From the NCBI GenBank assembly GCA_000008885.1, contig BA000021.3, forward strand, positions 300,001 through 332,000: a stretch of 32,000 nucleotides of DNA, written 5' to 3'. The notes below the pieces were generated by a model. It saw nothing but the letters and a program-made list of their open reading frames with translations, did not search any database and was not told the DNA's origin. The stretch comes from Wigglesworthia glossinidia endosymbiont of Glossina brevipalpis. GTDB lineage: Bacteria; Pseudomonadota; Gammaproteobacteria; Enterobacterales; Enterobacteriaceae. The first letter of the stretch is position 1. Each line of letters begins with the position of its first letter. Below, one piece after another: positions 20,258 through 30,635 of this stretch. The translations under genes and the position numbers were made by a program.

Positions 20258-20974
20258 ATGTATTTTTACAGATTAATAAAACCATTTAAAGCAATAACAT
20301 TTGATCTAGATGATACTCTTTATGATAATAAACCAGTAATAGATCTTGCTGAAAAAAATTTAGTAAAATTTTTAATACAATCTCATCCAAACTTAAAAAA
20401 TTTTAATCATAAGTATTATAAATTTTGTAAAAGTAAATTATTATTGAATAATCCTTGTATTTATTATGATATCAACTTTTGGAGAAAATTATCAATTAAA
20501 TTATCATTAAGAATTTTTAAAATAAACTCTATTGAAACGAATATTATTGCAAAAAAAGCCATGAAAATAGCAAATTTTTGGAGAAATAAAGTTTTTATAT
20601 CAGAAAATACACATAGAATTCTAAACAAACTTAGCAAAAAATTTCCATTAATAGCAATTACAAATGGAGATTTAGACATAAATAAATGTAATTTAAATAA
20701 ATATTTTTTAAAAATTTTCAGATCTGGAAAAGATGGATACCCAAAACCTTTTTCTGACATGTATGATTTATCAGCAAAAAAATTAAAATTATCTCCACAT
20801 CATATTTTACATGTAGGAGATAGTTTAGAAACTGATGTATTTGGTTCCATAAGATATGGAATGCAATCCTGTTGGGTTAATTTTAAAAAAAAAAAAATAA
20901 TATCTGATTTAAGCGCAAAAACACTTCCTCATTTTGAAATTTCTGATTTAAAATATCTTATGAATTTTATATAA
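20258..20974 (+). CDS. yigB: HAD-family phosphatase YigB (flavin-pathway phosphatase family)
   Basis: 238 aa; MYFYRLIKPFKAITFDLDDTLYDNKPVI, LIAITNGD, KPFSDMY, ILHVGDSLETDVFGSIRYGMQSCWVN; dapF-yigB-uvrD-corA order. Confidence 0.88.
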   Translation: MYFYRLIKPFKAITFDLDDTLYDNKPVIDLAEKNLVKFLIQSHPNLKNFNHKYYKFCKSKLLLNNPCIYYDINFWRKLSIKLSLRIFKINSIETNIIAKKAMKIANFWRNKVFISENTHRILNKLSKKFPLIAITNGDLDINKCNLNKYFLKIFRSGKDGYPKPFSDMYDLSAKKLKLSPHHILHVGDSLETDVFGSIRYGMQSCWVNFKKKKIISDLSAKTLPHFEISDLKYLMNFI

Positions 20975-21004
20975 AAATAGATATCATTTTTCTACAAAAT
21001 AGAT

Positions 21005-23164
21005 ATGAAAAATAATTTTTTAACTAAAAATTTAAACGATAAACAAAAAGAAATAATCACTTCTTCTTACAAGAATATATTAGTGCTAGCAGGAGCTGGA
21101 AGTGGAAAAACAAAAGTTTTAACAAATAAAATAGCATGGTTGATTGACGTTAAAAAATATCATTCTAGTTCAATTATGGCAGTAACCTTTACAAACAAAG
21201 GAGCAAAAGAAATAATAAATAGAATGAAATTTTTAATAAAAAATTTAAAAGATATATGGATAGGTACATTTCATGGGTTATCATATAAATTATTATGTAT
21301 GCATTATACAGAATCTAAATTATTTAAAAATTTTCAAATAATAGATTCAGAAGATCAATTAAAATTGATACATCAAATTAATTTATCAATGAAATTAAAT
21401 TTTAATAATAAGTCTTATCACAATATACTTGAGTATATAAGAAATTATAAAGATAAAGGAATCAGACCTTCATTTTGTGAAATAAATATAAATAATAAAA
21501 AAAATATTTTGTACAATAAAATATACAAAGAATATCAAACAACATGCGATAAATTAGGATTATTAGATTTTTCAGAATTATTATTAAGAATAAATGAATT
21601 ATTTATTAATAATAAAAGTATATCTAAATTTTATAAAAAAAAATTTAAATATATATTGGTAGACGAATTTCAAGATACTAATGATATCCAATATTCTTGG
21701 ATAAAAAATTTTTCATCTAAAGAATGCTTTATAATGATAGTTGGAGATGATGATCAATCTATATATGGATGGCGTGGAGCTAAATCAGAAAATATGAAAA
21801 ATTTTATAAATGATTTTTCTAGAACAAAAATAATAAAGTTACAACAAAATTATCGCTCTACTAACAATATATTACAAGCAGCTAATTCTTTAATTATGAA
21901 TAATAATTTAAGAATAGGGAAAAAATTATGGACTGAAAAAAAATCTGGAGATCTTATTACTATATATCAAGCATATAATGAAAAAGATGAATCTAATTTT
22001 ATAATAAAATATATATTAAATAATCAAAAAAAATTAAATAACAAAAAAAAAGAATATGCAATTCTTTATCGTAAGAATTCTCAATCCAGATCTTTAGAAG
22101 AAAATTTATTGAAAAATAATTTAAAATATGATATTTATGGAGGTTTAAAATTTTTTTCTCGTCAAGAAATAAAAAATACATTAGCTTATTTTAGATTAAT
22201 AGTTAATAAAAAAGATGATCTTTCATATGAAAGAATAATAAATTTTCCAAAACGGAAAATAGGAGAAAAAACATTAAAAAAAATTAAAAATATTTCTAAA
22301 AATAAAAAATTATCCCTTTGGGAATCAACTAATTTTTTTATAAAAAATAATTTAAATGATGCAAAATCATTTTCTTTAAAAAACTTTTTTTATTTAATTG
22401 ACTATTTAAAAGAAAATATAAAAAATTTATCGTTGCATGAAAAATTTAATTTTGTAATAAAAAAATCTGGTTTATTAAATTTTTATGAAAAAGAAAAAAA
22501 AAATATAAATAACTCTAGGATAGATAACTGGCAAGAATTAGTAAATTCTGCAAAACAATTTTTCATAGAAAATAATAAAGAAAAAAATATTCTTGAAAAA
22601 TTTTTAGCATTTTCTACATTAGAATCAGAAAGATATACATCTTATGACGATGAAAATTATAAAATAAAATTAATGACATTACATTCTTCTAAAGGTTTAG
22701 AATTTCCTATAGTTTTCATAATTGGAATGGAAGAAGGATTATTTCCTAATATAATATATAGTAATAACAAAGAGAAATTAGAAGAAGAAAGAAGATTAGC
22801 GTATGTAGGTATGACTAGAGCTATGAAAAAATTAGTCATTACTTATGTAAAGTATAGAAATATTTATGGGAAAATAATAAAACGTGAACCATCTAGGTTT
22901 ATAGAAGAAATTCCATCTCATTATAAAAAAATAATTTATGAAAATAAAACTAATACAAGTAAAAATGAAATAAAAAAAGATAATTATTATTATACAACTA
23001 ACAACACAAAAAATAATTACGAAATAGGAAAAAAAGTTTTTCATCCAAAATTTGGATTCGGATTAATAATACATATAGAAAAAAATAAAATATTAGAGAT
23101 AAAATTTAAAAAAATAGGAATAAAAAAATTAGTTGCAAAATATGCAAGGCTTGAATTATGTTAA
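21005..23164 (+). CDS. uvrD: DNA helicase II
   Basis: 719 aa; LNDKQKEIITSSYKNILVLAGAGSGKTKVL, VDEFQDTNDIQYSWI, VGDDDQSIYGWRGA, ERRLAYVGMTRAMKKL, C-terminal Tudor-like FHPKFGFGLIIHIE...LVAKYARLE. Confidence 0.96.
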   Translation: MKNNFLTKNLNDKQKEIITSSYKNILVLAGAGSGKTKVLTNKIAWLIDVKKYHSSSIMAVTFTNKGAKEIINRMKFLIKNLKDIWIGTFHGLSYKLLCMHYTESKLFKNFQIIDSEDQLKLIHQINLSMKLNFNNKSYHNILEYIRNYKDKGIRPSFCEININNKKNILYNKIYKEYQTTCDKLGLLDFSELLLRINELFINNKSISKFYKKKFKYILVDEFQDTNDIQYSWIKNFSSKECFIMIVGDDDQSIYGWRGAKSENMKNFINDFSRTKIIKLQQNYRSTNNILQAANSLIMNNNLRIGKKLWTEKKSGDLITIYQAYNEKDESNFIIKYILNNQKKLNNKKKEYAILYRKNSQSRSLEENLLKNNLKYDIYGGLKFFSRQEIKNTLAYFRLIVNKKDDLSYERIINFPKRKIGEKTLKKIKNISKNKKLSLWESTNFFIKNNLNDAKSFSLKNFFYLIDYLKENIKNLSLHEKFNFVIKKSGLLNFYEKEKKNINNSRIDNWQELVNSAKQFFIENNKEKNILEKFLAFSTLESERYTSYDDENYKIKLMTLHSSKGLEFPIVFIIGMEEGLFPNIIYSNNKEKLEEERRLAYVGMTRAMKKLVITYVKYRNIYGKIIKREPSRFIEEIPSHYKKIIYENKTNTSKNEIKKDNYYYTTNNTKNNYEIGKKVFHPKFGFGLIIHIEKNKILEIKFKKIGIKKLVAKYARLELC

Positions 23165-23296
23165 TAAAACACTAAAAATAATTTTCAGAATGTTTTATTT
23201 TTAAATATAAAATATATAATAATTTTTTTTATAAAAATATATTTTGATGAAAATTTTATTTTGTAAAATTAATTTTGACATTTTTTAAAACATATT

Positions 23297-24244
23297 ATGC
23301 TTAATGCATTTAAATTACATAAAAAAAATTTATTTCGTATTAATATAGATCAATCGTCTTTGATTAAATCGATATGGATTGATATAGTAAATCTTACAGA
23401 AGAAGAACGACGAAGAATTCAAAATGAACTAGGACAAAATTTATCTACTAGTTTAGACTTAGAAGATATTGAAGCTTCAGCTAGATTTTTTGAAGATAAA
23501 GAAGGATTACATATACATTCTTTTTTCTTTTTTGCAGATGCTGAAGACCACGTTGGAAATTCAACTGTAGCTTTTATTATAAAAAATAATATATTATATA
23601 CTTTAAGAGAGAGAGATTTACCTGCATTTCGTTTATATAGAATGCGAGCTAGAAATCAAACATTAAAAGATGGAAATGCATATGAAGTGTTATTAGATTT
23701 GTTCGAAACTAAAATAGAACAATTAGCAGACGAAATAGAAAATATTTATAGTGATTTAGAAACTTTAAGCATAATAATAATGGAAGGTAGAAAATCAAAT
23801 GAATACGATAATGCGCTTTCTACGCTAGCTGAATTGGAAGATGTTGGCTGGAAAGTTAGATTATGTTTAATGGATACTCAAAGAGCCATTAATTTTTTAT
23901 CAAAAAAGAAACATATTCCATATGAACAATTAGATCAAGCAAAAGGAATATTGCATGATATTGATTCTTTATTGCCACATAATGAATCTTTATTTCAAAA
24001 AGTAAATTTTTTAATGCAAGCAGCTATGGGTTTTATAAACATAGAACAAAATAGAATTATAAAAATTTTTTCTGTAGTATCAGTAATATTTCTTCCTCCT
24101 ACACTTGTAGCATCTAGCTATGGAATGAATTTTGACTTCATGCCAGAATTAAAATGGCCATTAGGATATCCTATTGCAATTTTAGAAATGATTTTAGCAG
24201 GATTAGCTCCATATCTATATTTTAGAAGAAAAAAATGGTTATGA
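23297..24244 (+). CDS. corA: Magnesium/cobalt transporter CorA
   Basis: 315 aa; [39 protein letters not shown]..., [11 protein letters not shown] (GMN motif), ends in [10 protein letters not shown]. Confidence 0.98.
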
Positions 24245-25009
24245 TTTTTTTGTTTTTTCTATAATATCTAAAATATATAAAAATTCTTCTATATTTGTAG
24301 AAGATCTCCCTAATAAAACACCATTAACGTCTTTTTGAGAAATAATTTTTTTTACATTTTTTGAATTTACAGATCCTCCATATTGTAAAATAATTTTTTT
24401 AGAAATATCATTATCATATTTTGATAAATAGTTTCTAATGAATTTATGAATTTTTTGAATATATTTAGGACTAGCAGAGTCTTTCTTTCCTATAGCCCAT
24501 GTAGGTTCATATGCAATAACTGTATTTATAAAACCTTCTATCCCAATTTTTTTCAATATAAAATCAATTTGTTTAACTATTTCATTTTCTATACATTTAT
24601 CATCTTTGTTTTTTTTTGTTTCTCCAATGCATAATACTGGAATTAAATTAAATTTTTTAAGTATTAAGAATTTTTTAGTTACATCTTCAATGCTTTCATT
24701 ATGGTATAATCTTCTTTCAGAATGACCTATAATTACATACTTTACGCCAAATTCATATAACATTATTGGAGAAATTTCTCCAGTAAAAGACCCTGTTAAA
24801 TTAACATCCACGTTTTGTGCAGCTAAAAAAATATTTTTTTTTAAAACATATTTTTTAAATTCACTTAAATATATTACTGGAGGAGCAATAACAACTTTTA
24901 AATTATTTTTGTTTTTCAATTTTTCATTTAATTTAAGCAAAATCTTTTTTACCAACAAACAATTACCATTTAATTTCCAATTTGATAATATCAACGGTTT
25001 CAATTTCAT
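24239..25009 (-). CDS. tpiA: Triosephosphate isomerase
   Basis: 256 aa; [47 protein letters not shown]. Confidence 0.96.
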
Positions 25010-25079
25010 TTTTATAAAATCCTAAATATAATATTTAAAATATTTATTTTTTAATAAAATATATTTTTTTAAAATAAAT

Positions 25080-25829
25080 TTATTTCCAATATAATTCGCT
25101 TGTTATATTACCTACTTTATTTTGATAATTTTTAGTCATTTTAAATTTTTTGTTCAAACAACTATAAGTATCATGTATCATATTTGGATTTCCACATAAC
25201 ATAACATGAGTATCTTTTAAATCAATATATATTTTTAAAGATCTTTCTAAATTTCCATTATTTATTAATTCTGGTATTCTACCAAATAAAGTATTTTTTG
25301 TTTTTTCTCTACTAACTATTAATTGAACAAATAACTTATTTTTATATATTTTTTTTAAATTATAAATTTTTTCAACATAACTTAAATCTTTATAAAATCT
25401 TACAGCATGAATTAATATAATTTTTTCAAATCTGTTTAAATCTTCTCCTTGTTGTAATATTGATAAATATGGACCTATTGCAGTTCCTGTAGCTATCATC
25501 CATAAATTTTTACAATCAGGAATCATTTCTAAAATAAATGATCCAGAAGAATTTTTAGTTATTAAAATTTTCTGACCAGTATTTAATGATTTTAAAACTG
25601 GACTAAATTTACCTAGTTTTGTTTCTACCAAATAAAATTCTAAATTATTATCTTTAGGAGCATTTACATAAGAATATGCGCGTTGTATATATTTTTCATT
25701 TATATTTAATTTTAATTTAGCGAATTGTCCAGCTATAAATGGAGAAATAGGAGCATGAAGTATAATACTAAACAATCTATCAGTCCAATTTTTTACTTTT
25801 ATTATTTTGCCAGGAACCCATTCAGTCAT
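25080..25829 (-). CDS. fpr: Flavodoxin/ferredoxin-NADP+ reductase
   Basis: 249 aa; WVPGKIIKVKNWTDRLFSIILHAP, AGQFAKL, QRAYSYVNAP, LWMIATGTAIGPYLSIL, HVMLCGNPNMI. Confidence 0.95.
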   Translation of the reverse strand: MTEWVPGKIIKVKNWTDRLFSIILHAPISPFIAGQFAKLKLNINEKYIQRAYSYVNAPKDNNLEFYLVETKLGKFSPVLKSLNTGQKILITKNSSGSFILEMIPDCKNLWMIATGTAIGPYLSILQQGEDLNRFEKIILIHAVRFYKDLSYVEKIYNLKKIYKNKLFVQLIVSREKTKNTLFGRIPELINNGNLERSLKIYIDLKDTHVMLCGNPNMIHDTYSCLNKKFKMTKNYQNKVGNITSELYWK

Positions 25830-26029
25830 ATTAAACCCTTGTATTAAATATATTTTTTTTTATATTATAAATTATAACAAATAAATTATAAACTTATAAA
25901 TATGTATTTTATTAACGAAAAGATTGAAAAAATATATATATAATTTTGCAATTTTTTAAAAAATAAATAACATTGAATTTTAATTTATATATTTACATAA
26001 TAATATAAAATATTTTCTGATTAAATTTT

Positions 26030-27196
26030 ATGAACAAAATAAAAAATATACATATATTAATTTTATTAATATTTCTAATTTCTATAGGACAAATGTCACA
26101 AACTATATATGTTCCTAGCATTTTTAACATAGCAAAAGAATTAAAAGTCAACATGGAAGAAGTTCAAAAATTAATGTCTGGATATTTGTTATGTTATGGA
26201 ATATCTCAACTAATATATGGACCTATTTCTGATAAAGTCGGAAGAAAGCCTGTTATTTTAGTTGGAATGATGATTTTTATATTAAGTACTTTTTTAATTT
26301 TATTCGCAAATTCTTTAGAATTAATGATAATACTTTTTAGTATACAAGGATTAGGAACAGGAGTTGGCGGAGTTATGGCTCGTACATTGCCTAGAGATAT
26401 TTTTTTAAATTATGAAAATTTAAAAAAAGCAAATGGTTTTTTAAACATGGGAATTTTAGTTAGCCCATTAATAGCTCCTTTAATAGGAGGAATAATTTCT
26501 AATTTATTTGAATGGAGGATGTGTTTTGTATTTTTATTAATAATAGGAATTTTAATAAGTACAACAATTTTTATATTTCTTCCTGAAACTTGTACAAAAA
26601 AACAAATTAAAAATAGTATTTTTGGATATAAAATTTTAATTTATAAAAAAAAATTTAATTATTATTTATTAATTCTTACAAGTGGATTATCTGGAATAGT
26701 TGTATTTGAATCAAATAGCGGAGTATTGTTAAGTGAAATGGGTTTTTCTAATATAGAAGTTAGTATATTATTTATTTTACCTATACCTAGTATATTTTTT
26801 GGATCATGGTATATTGGTTTTTCAAAAAAATCTTTTAATTATTTGATGTGGAAATCAGTAATACTTTGTTTATTGTCTGGGTTTTTTATGTGGTTGCCTG
26901 GATGGTTTAAAATAATGAAAATATGGACAATTTTAATTCCTGCAAGTTTATTTTTTTTTAGCGCAGGAATGTTATTTCCTTTAGCTACAACTGGAGCTAT
27001 GATTCCTTGCAAAGGATCAGCAGGAACAGCTGGTGCATTATTAGGAGGAATACAAAATATTGGGTCTAGCTTTATTGCTTTTATTTCTACATTTCTTCCT
27101 AAAAATGGTCAATTTAGTATAGGAATGATTACTTTCATTATTGGAGTTATAATTTTTTTATGTTGGTGGAAATTATCTAGATTAGAAAAAATTTAA
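26030..27196 (+). CDS. emrD: MFS multidrug transporter EmrD-like
   Basis: 388 aa; GQMSQTIYVPSIFNIAKEL, QLIYGPISDKVGRKPVILVGM, GTGVGGVMARTLPRD, NMGILVSPLIAPLIGG, SVILCLLSGFFMWLPGWF, GMLFPLATTGAM; closest remembered match is EmrD. Confidence 0.88.
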   Translation: MNKIKNIHILILLIFLISIGQMSQTIYVPSIFNIAKELKVNMEEVQKLMSGYLLCYGISQLIYGPISDKVGRKPVILVGMMIFILSTFLILFANSLELMIILFSIQGLGTGVGGVMARTLPRDIFLNYENLKKANGFLNMGILVSPLIAPLIGGIISNLFEWRMCFVFLLIIGILISTTIFIFLPETCTKKQIKNSIFGYKILIYKKKFNYYLLILTSGLSGIVVFESNSGVLLSEMGFSNIEVSILFILPIPSIFFGSWYIGFSKKSFNYLMWKSVILCLLSGFFMWLPGWFKIMKIWTILIPASLFFFSAGMLFPLATTGAMIPCKGSAGTAGALLGGIQNIGSSFIAFISTFLPKNGQFSIGMITFIIGVIIFLCWWKLSRLEKI

Positions 27197-27224
27197 AATG
27201 TTAAATTAATAAAAATATAATTTT

Positions 27225-28580
27225 TTATAAAATAAATCTACTTAAATCTTCGTCTGATACAAGCTTGTCTAAATGATTGCTTACATAATCAGCATCTATA
27301 TTAATTTTTTTTCCATTCCATTCACTTGCATTATATGATACTTCTTCCATTAATCTCTCTAAAATAGTATGTAATCTTCTTGCTCCAATGTTTTCTGTAG
27401 AATCATTTACTTGACATGCAGCTTCTGCAATTTTTTTAATTCCTTCTTGAGTAAAAGATATGATTACTCCTTCTGTAGCCATTAATGCGCTGTATTGCTT
27501 TGTAAGAGAAGCACTGGGTTCAGTTAAAATTTTTTCAAAATCTTCAATAGTTAAAGCTGATAGCTCTACTCTTATAGGAAGTCTACCTTGTAATTCTGGA
27601 ATTAAATCTGAAGGATTGGCAACTTGAAACGCTCCAGATGCGATAAATAAAATATGATCTGTTTTAACCATTCCGTGTTTAGTTGATACAGTGCAACCTT
27701 CAACTAAAGGCAAAAGATCTCTTTGTACTCCTTCTCTTGATACATCAGGTCCTGAAATTTCACCTCTTTTGCAAATCTTATCTATTTCGTCTATAAAAAC
27801 AATACCATTTTGTTCTACAGCTTCGACTGCTTTTTCTTTTATTTCTTCTAAATTTATTAGTTTGGCCGATTCTTCTTCAATTAATAATCTCATTGCTTCT
27901 TTTATTTTTATTTTCCTTGGTTTTTGTTTTTGTCCTGCTAAATTTTTAAACATAGATTGCAATTGACTTGTCATCTCTTCCATCCCTGGAGGAGCCATTA
28001 TTTCAACACCTATTGGGGTAGATGCTAAATTTATTTCTATTTCTTTATCGTCTAGTTCTTTAGTTTTTAGTTTTTTTCTAAAATTTTGACGTGTTTTAGA
28101 AGGCTCTTTTTTGTTTTCAGAGTTTCCCCAATCATTCTTTACAGAAGGTATTAATACATCTAGAACTCTTTCTTCTGCAAGCTCTTCTGCTCTAAATCTA
28201 TTTTTTTCAATAGATTGTAATCTAATCATTTTTACAGATGCATCTGTAAGATCTCTAATTATAGAATCTACTTCTTTACCTACATATCCAACTTCTGTAA
28301 ATTTTGTTGCTTCTACCTTAATAAAAGGAGCTTTAGCGAGTTTTGCCAATCTACGGGCTATTTCAGTTTTACCAACTCCTGTTGGGCCTATCATTAAAAT
28401 ATTTTTTGGAGTAACTTCATGACGTAATGAATCATCTAATTTCATTCGTCTCCAGCGATTACGTAAAGCTATAGCTACAGCTTTTTTTGCATCGTGTTGG
28501 CCGATTATATGGCTATCCAATTCTTTAACAATATTTTTTGGAGTCATGTTAGACATATTATATGATGTCCTTATTTTCAT
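27225..28580 (-). CDS. hslU: ATP-dependent protease ATPase subunit HslU
   Basis: 451 aa; [59 protein letters not shown], ends in EDLSRFIL. Confidence 0.98.
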   Translation of the reverse strand: MKIRTSYNMSNMTPKNIVKELDSHIIGQHDAKKAVAIALRNRWRRMKLDDSLRHEVTPKNILMIGPTGVGKTEIARRLAKLAKAPFIKVEATKFTEVGYVGKEVDSIIRDLTDASVKMIRLQSIEKNRFRAEELAEERVLDVLIPSVKNDWGNSENKKEPSKTRQNFRKKLKTKELDDKEIEINLASTPIGVEIMAPPGMEEMTSQLQSMFKNLAGQKQKPRKIKIKEAMRLLIEEESAKLINLEEIKEKAVEAVEQNGIVFIDEIDKICKRGEISGPDVSREGVQRDLLPLVEGCTVSTKHGMVKTDHILFIASGAFQVANPSDLIPELQGRLPIRVELSALTIEDFEKILTEPSASLTKQYSALMATEGVIISFTQEGIKKIAEAACQVNDSTENIGARRLHTILERLMEEVSYNASEWNGKKINIDADYVSNHLDKLVSDEDLSRFIL

Positions 28581-29100
28581 GTATAAGTTCTTCGAAAGAA
28601 AAAAAGTGATTACTGTATAAACAAATATCCCCTGATATTTGTAGAGATTTTCTTACTATATCTCGTGCGCATAAATCAGTATTTTCCAACAAAGCGCGAG
28701 CTGCTGATTGAGCATAAGGACCTCCAGATCCTATAGCTATTACATCGCTTTCTGGTTGAATTACATCTGCATTACCAGTAATTATCAAAGAAGTATTTTT
28801 ATCTGCTACCGCTAATAAAGCTTCTAACCTTCTTAACATACGATCTGTACGCCAATCTTTAGCTAATTCAACAGCTGATTTAACAAAACGTCCTTGATGA
28901 ATTTGTAGTTTTTTTTCAAATAGCTCAAACAAAGTAAATGCGTCTGCAGTTCCTCCAGCGAATCCAGCAATAACTGTATCATTATATAATGTTCTAACTT
29001 TCTTTACATTATTCTTCATGATAGTATTACCCAAAGTAGCTTGTCCATCACCTCCAATAACAATATGACCATTGCGACGTACACTTACAATTGTTGTCAT
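28558..29100 (-). CDS. hslV: ATP-dependent protease proteolytic subunit HslV
   Basis: 180 aa; [69 protein letters not shown]; start overlaps the hslU start region. Confidence 0.98.
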   Translation of the reverse strand: MTTIVSVRRNGHIVIGGDGQATLGNTIMKNNVKKVRTLYNDTVIAGFAGGTADAFTLFELFEKKLQIHQGRFVKSAVELAKDWRTDRMLRRLEALLAVADKNTSLIITGNADVIQPESDVIAIGSGGPYAQSAARALLENTDLCARDIVRKSLQISGDICLYSNHFFSFEELIHENKDII

Positions 29101-29459
29101 AAAATAAGACCTCTTTAAAATACTTATTGTATATAAATAAAATTTATTTTAAAGAATATATTTATTTTTTAAATATATATATTTTTTAAATTAATAAAAA
29201 TTTAAAATAAAACGTCCTTATTTTATTAAAAAAAACTTATATTGTCTAATATAATTATATAATTTTTATATCATATTATAATTGAAATATACTAAATGAA
29301 TTATATAGTTAAACAAACTAATTGTACTTTAATTTAAAAAAAAAATCTATAGTCATATTAATATGTATATTTTATAAATATCTAATTAATATTATTAATT
29401 TTATATTTTTATAAAAATTTATTTTATTCACATTAATAATTTATATTATAAGTAAAACA

Positions 29460-29726
29460 TCATAAGTTCTCTAATTCTTTTGCATAATGCCAACGAATTA
29501 TAGGTTTTGGTGGAGGATCTTTTGACATGTACTTTTCAAGCACAATAATATCTGTGGTATTTTTAAAAAAATTTATTTTAAAATGAATTATATAAATTAT
29601 TAATAATATTAATATAATTAAAAATTTTGAAAAAATTGAATTTTTAGAAAAGAATATATAAAAAATATTTTTTTTCTTTTTACTATTTTTTAATACTTTT
29701 CTGCAATAAACGTAATCTTTTTTCAA
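29460..29726 (-). CDS. ftsN: Severely truncated cell-division protein FtsN (cytoplasmic, TM and start of periplasmic region only)
   Basis: 88 aa; MKKDYVYCRK...one TM segment...MSKDPPPKPIIRWHYAKELENL*, matching the E. coli FtsN MAQRDYV... and GLPPKPEERWRYIKELE segments; sits upstream of hslV as in E. coli. Confidence 0.82.
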   Translation of the reverse strand: MKKDYVYCRKVLKNSKKKKNIFYIFFSKNSIFSKFLIILILLIIYIIHFKINFFKNTTDIIVLEKYMSKDPPPKPIIRWHYAKELENL

Positions 29727-30157
29727 CGATATTTGATGTGACTTAAATTTAATTTTTAATTTTAAAATTATTTTATTATTTTTTTTTTTATTTTAATTAA
29801 AAATTAAGTATATAATTTATTATTATTTTTTCAAATTTATAATTTTAATTATAAAAAATAAAAATATTTATGATTGTAATTAAATACCAAATTTTTTATA
29901 AACCAAATAAAATTTATTAATAAAAATTTTTTATTTATAAACGAATTATTTTTTAAATTAAATATAAATTTATTTTTAACAAATTTTAAATTTTATTAAA
30001 TTATTAAAATTGTTTTATTTATTAATTTTTTATTTAAATTTATTTTTATCAATTTAATAAAAATTTTATTTTTAAACTTTTATTTGCATATATAAAAAAT
30101 GTTTTGTATATTAAAATTATTATTATATTTTAAATATATGAAATAATATAAAATAAT

Positions 30158-30373
30158 ATGAAAAAAAAAATTCATCCTATGTCTTTAGATATACTAGCTA
30201 CATGTTCTTGTGGAAACTCTTTGAAAATAAAATCTACAATAAAAAAGGATATATTGTTAGATGTATGTAATAAATGTCATCCATTTTATACTGGAACTCA
30301 AAAAAAATTGAATATAGGAGGAAGAGTTAGTAAGTTTAAAAAAAGATTTGATAATATAGTGTATAAAAAATAA
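30158..30373 (+). CDS. rpmE: 50S ribosomal protein bL31
   Basis: 71 aa; [50 protein letters not shown]. Confidence 0.96.
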   Translation: MKKKIHPMSLDILATCSCGNSLKIKSTIKKDILLDVCNKCHPFYTGTQKKLNIGGRVSKFKKRFDNIVYKK

Positions 30374-30635
30374 GTTTGTTTTTAATAAATATAATTAATT
30401 AAATACATAATATATATAAATTTTAAATTTATAGATTAATATATTATAAAAATAAAATTTTAATTAATATTTTTACAAAAATATTAATTAAAATTTTAAT
30501 ATATGTTAATTTAAAACAAAGTTATTTATAATAAAAAATTATAAAAAATATATTTTTATTATGTATGAATTTTATCTTATAGATTATATAAAAAATTAGT
30601 TTTATTATTTTTCTGCACAAAAGGAAATTTTATTA

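Noticed and set aside
20464-20760. 98-aa minus-strand ORF inside yigB
   Set aside because: Antisense to a conserved HAD protein; no independent support.
21999-23044. Minus-strand ORFs of 60-70 aa inside uvrD (21999-22181, 22657-22839, 22832-23044)
   Set aside because: Hydrophobic products typical of reverse-translated Lys/Asn-rich coding sequence; overlap UvrD motifs.
24446-24634. 62-aa plus-strand ORF inside tpiA
   Set aside because: Antisense to catalytic TPI motifs.
27691-28422. Plus-strand ORFs (27691-27966, 28111-28422) inside hslU
   Set aside because: Antisense to conserved HslU ATPase motifs, Ser/Pro-rich nonsense products.
29460-29462. TGA at the end of the ftsN fragment considered as a possible recoded Trp codon
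   Set aside because: Other genes in the window use TGA as a stop right after conserved C-termini (for example corA ...KKWL*) and use TGG for Trp, and no FtsN-like sequence follows the TGA.
29101-30157. AT-rich spacers flanking ftsN considered for CRISPR-like or tandem repeats
   Set aside because: Only simple A/T homopolymer and low-complexity sequence; no regularly spaced direct repeats.
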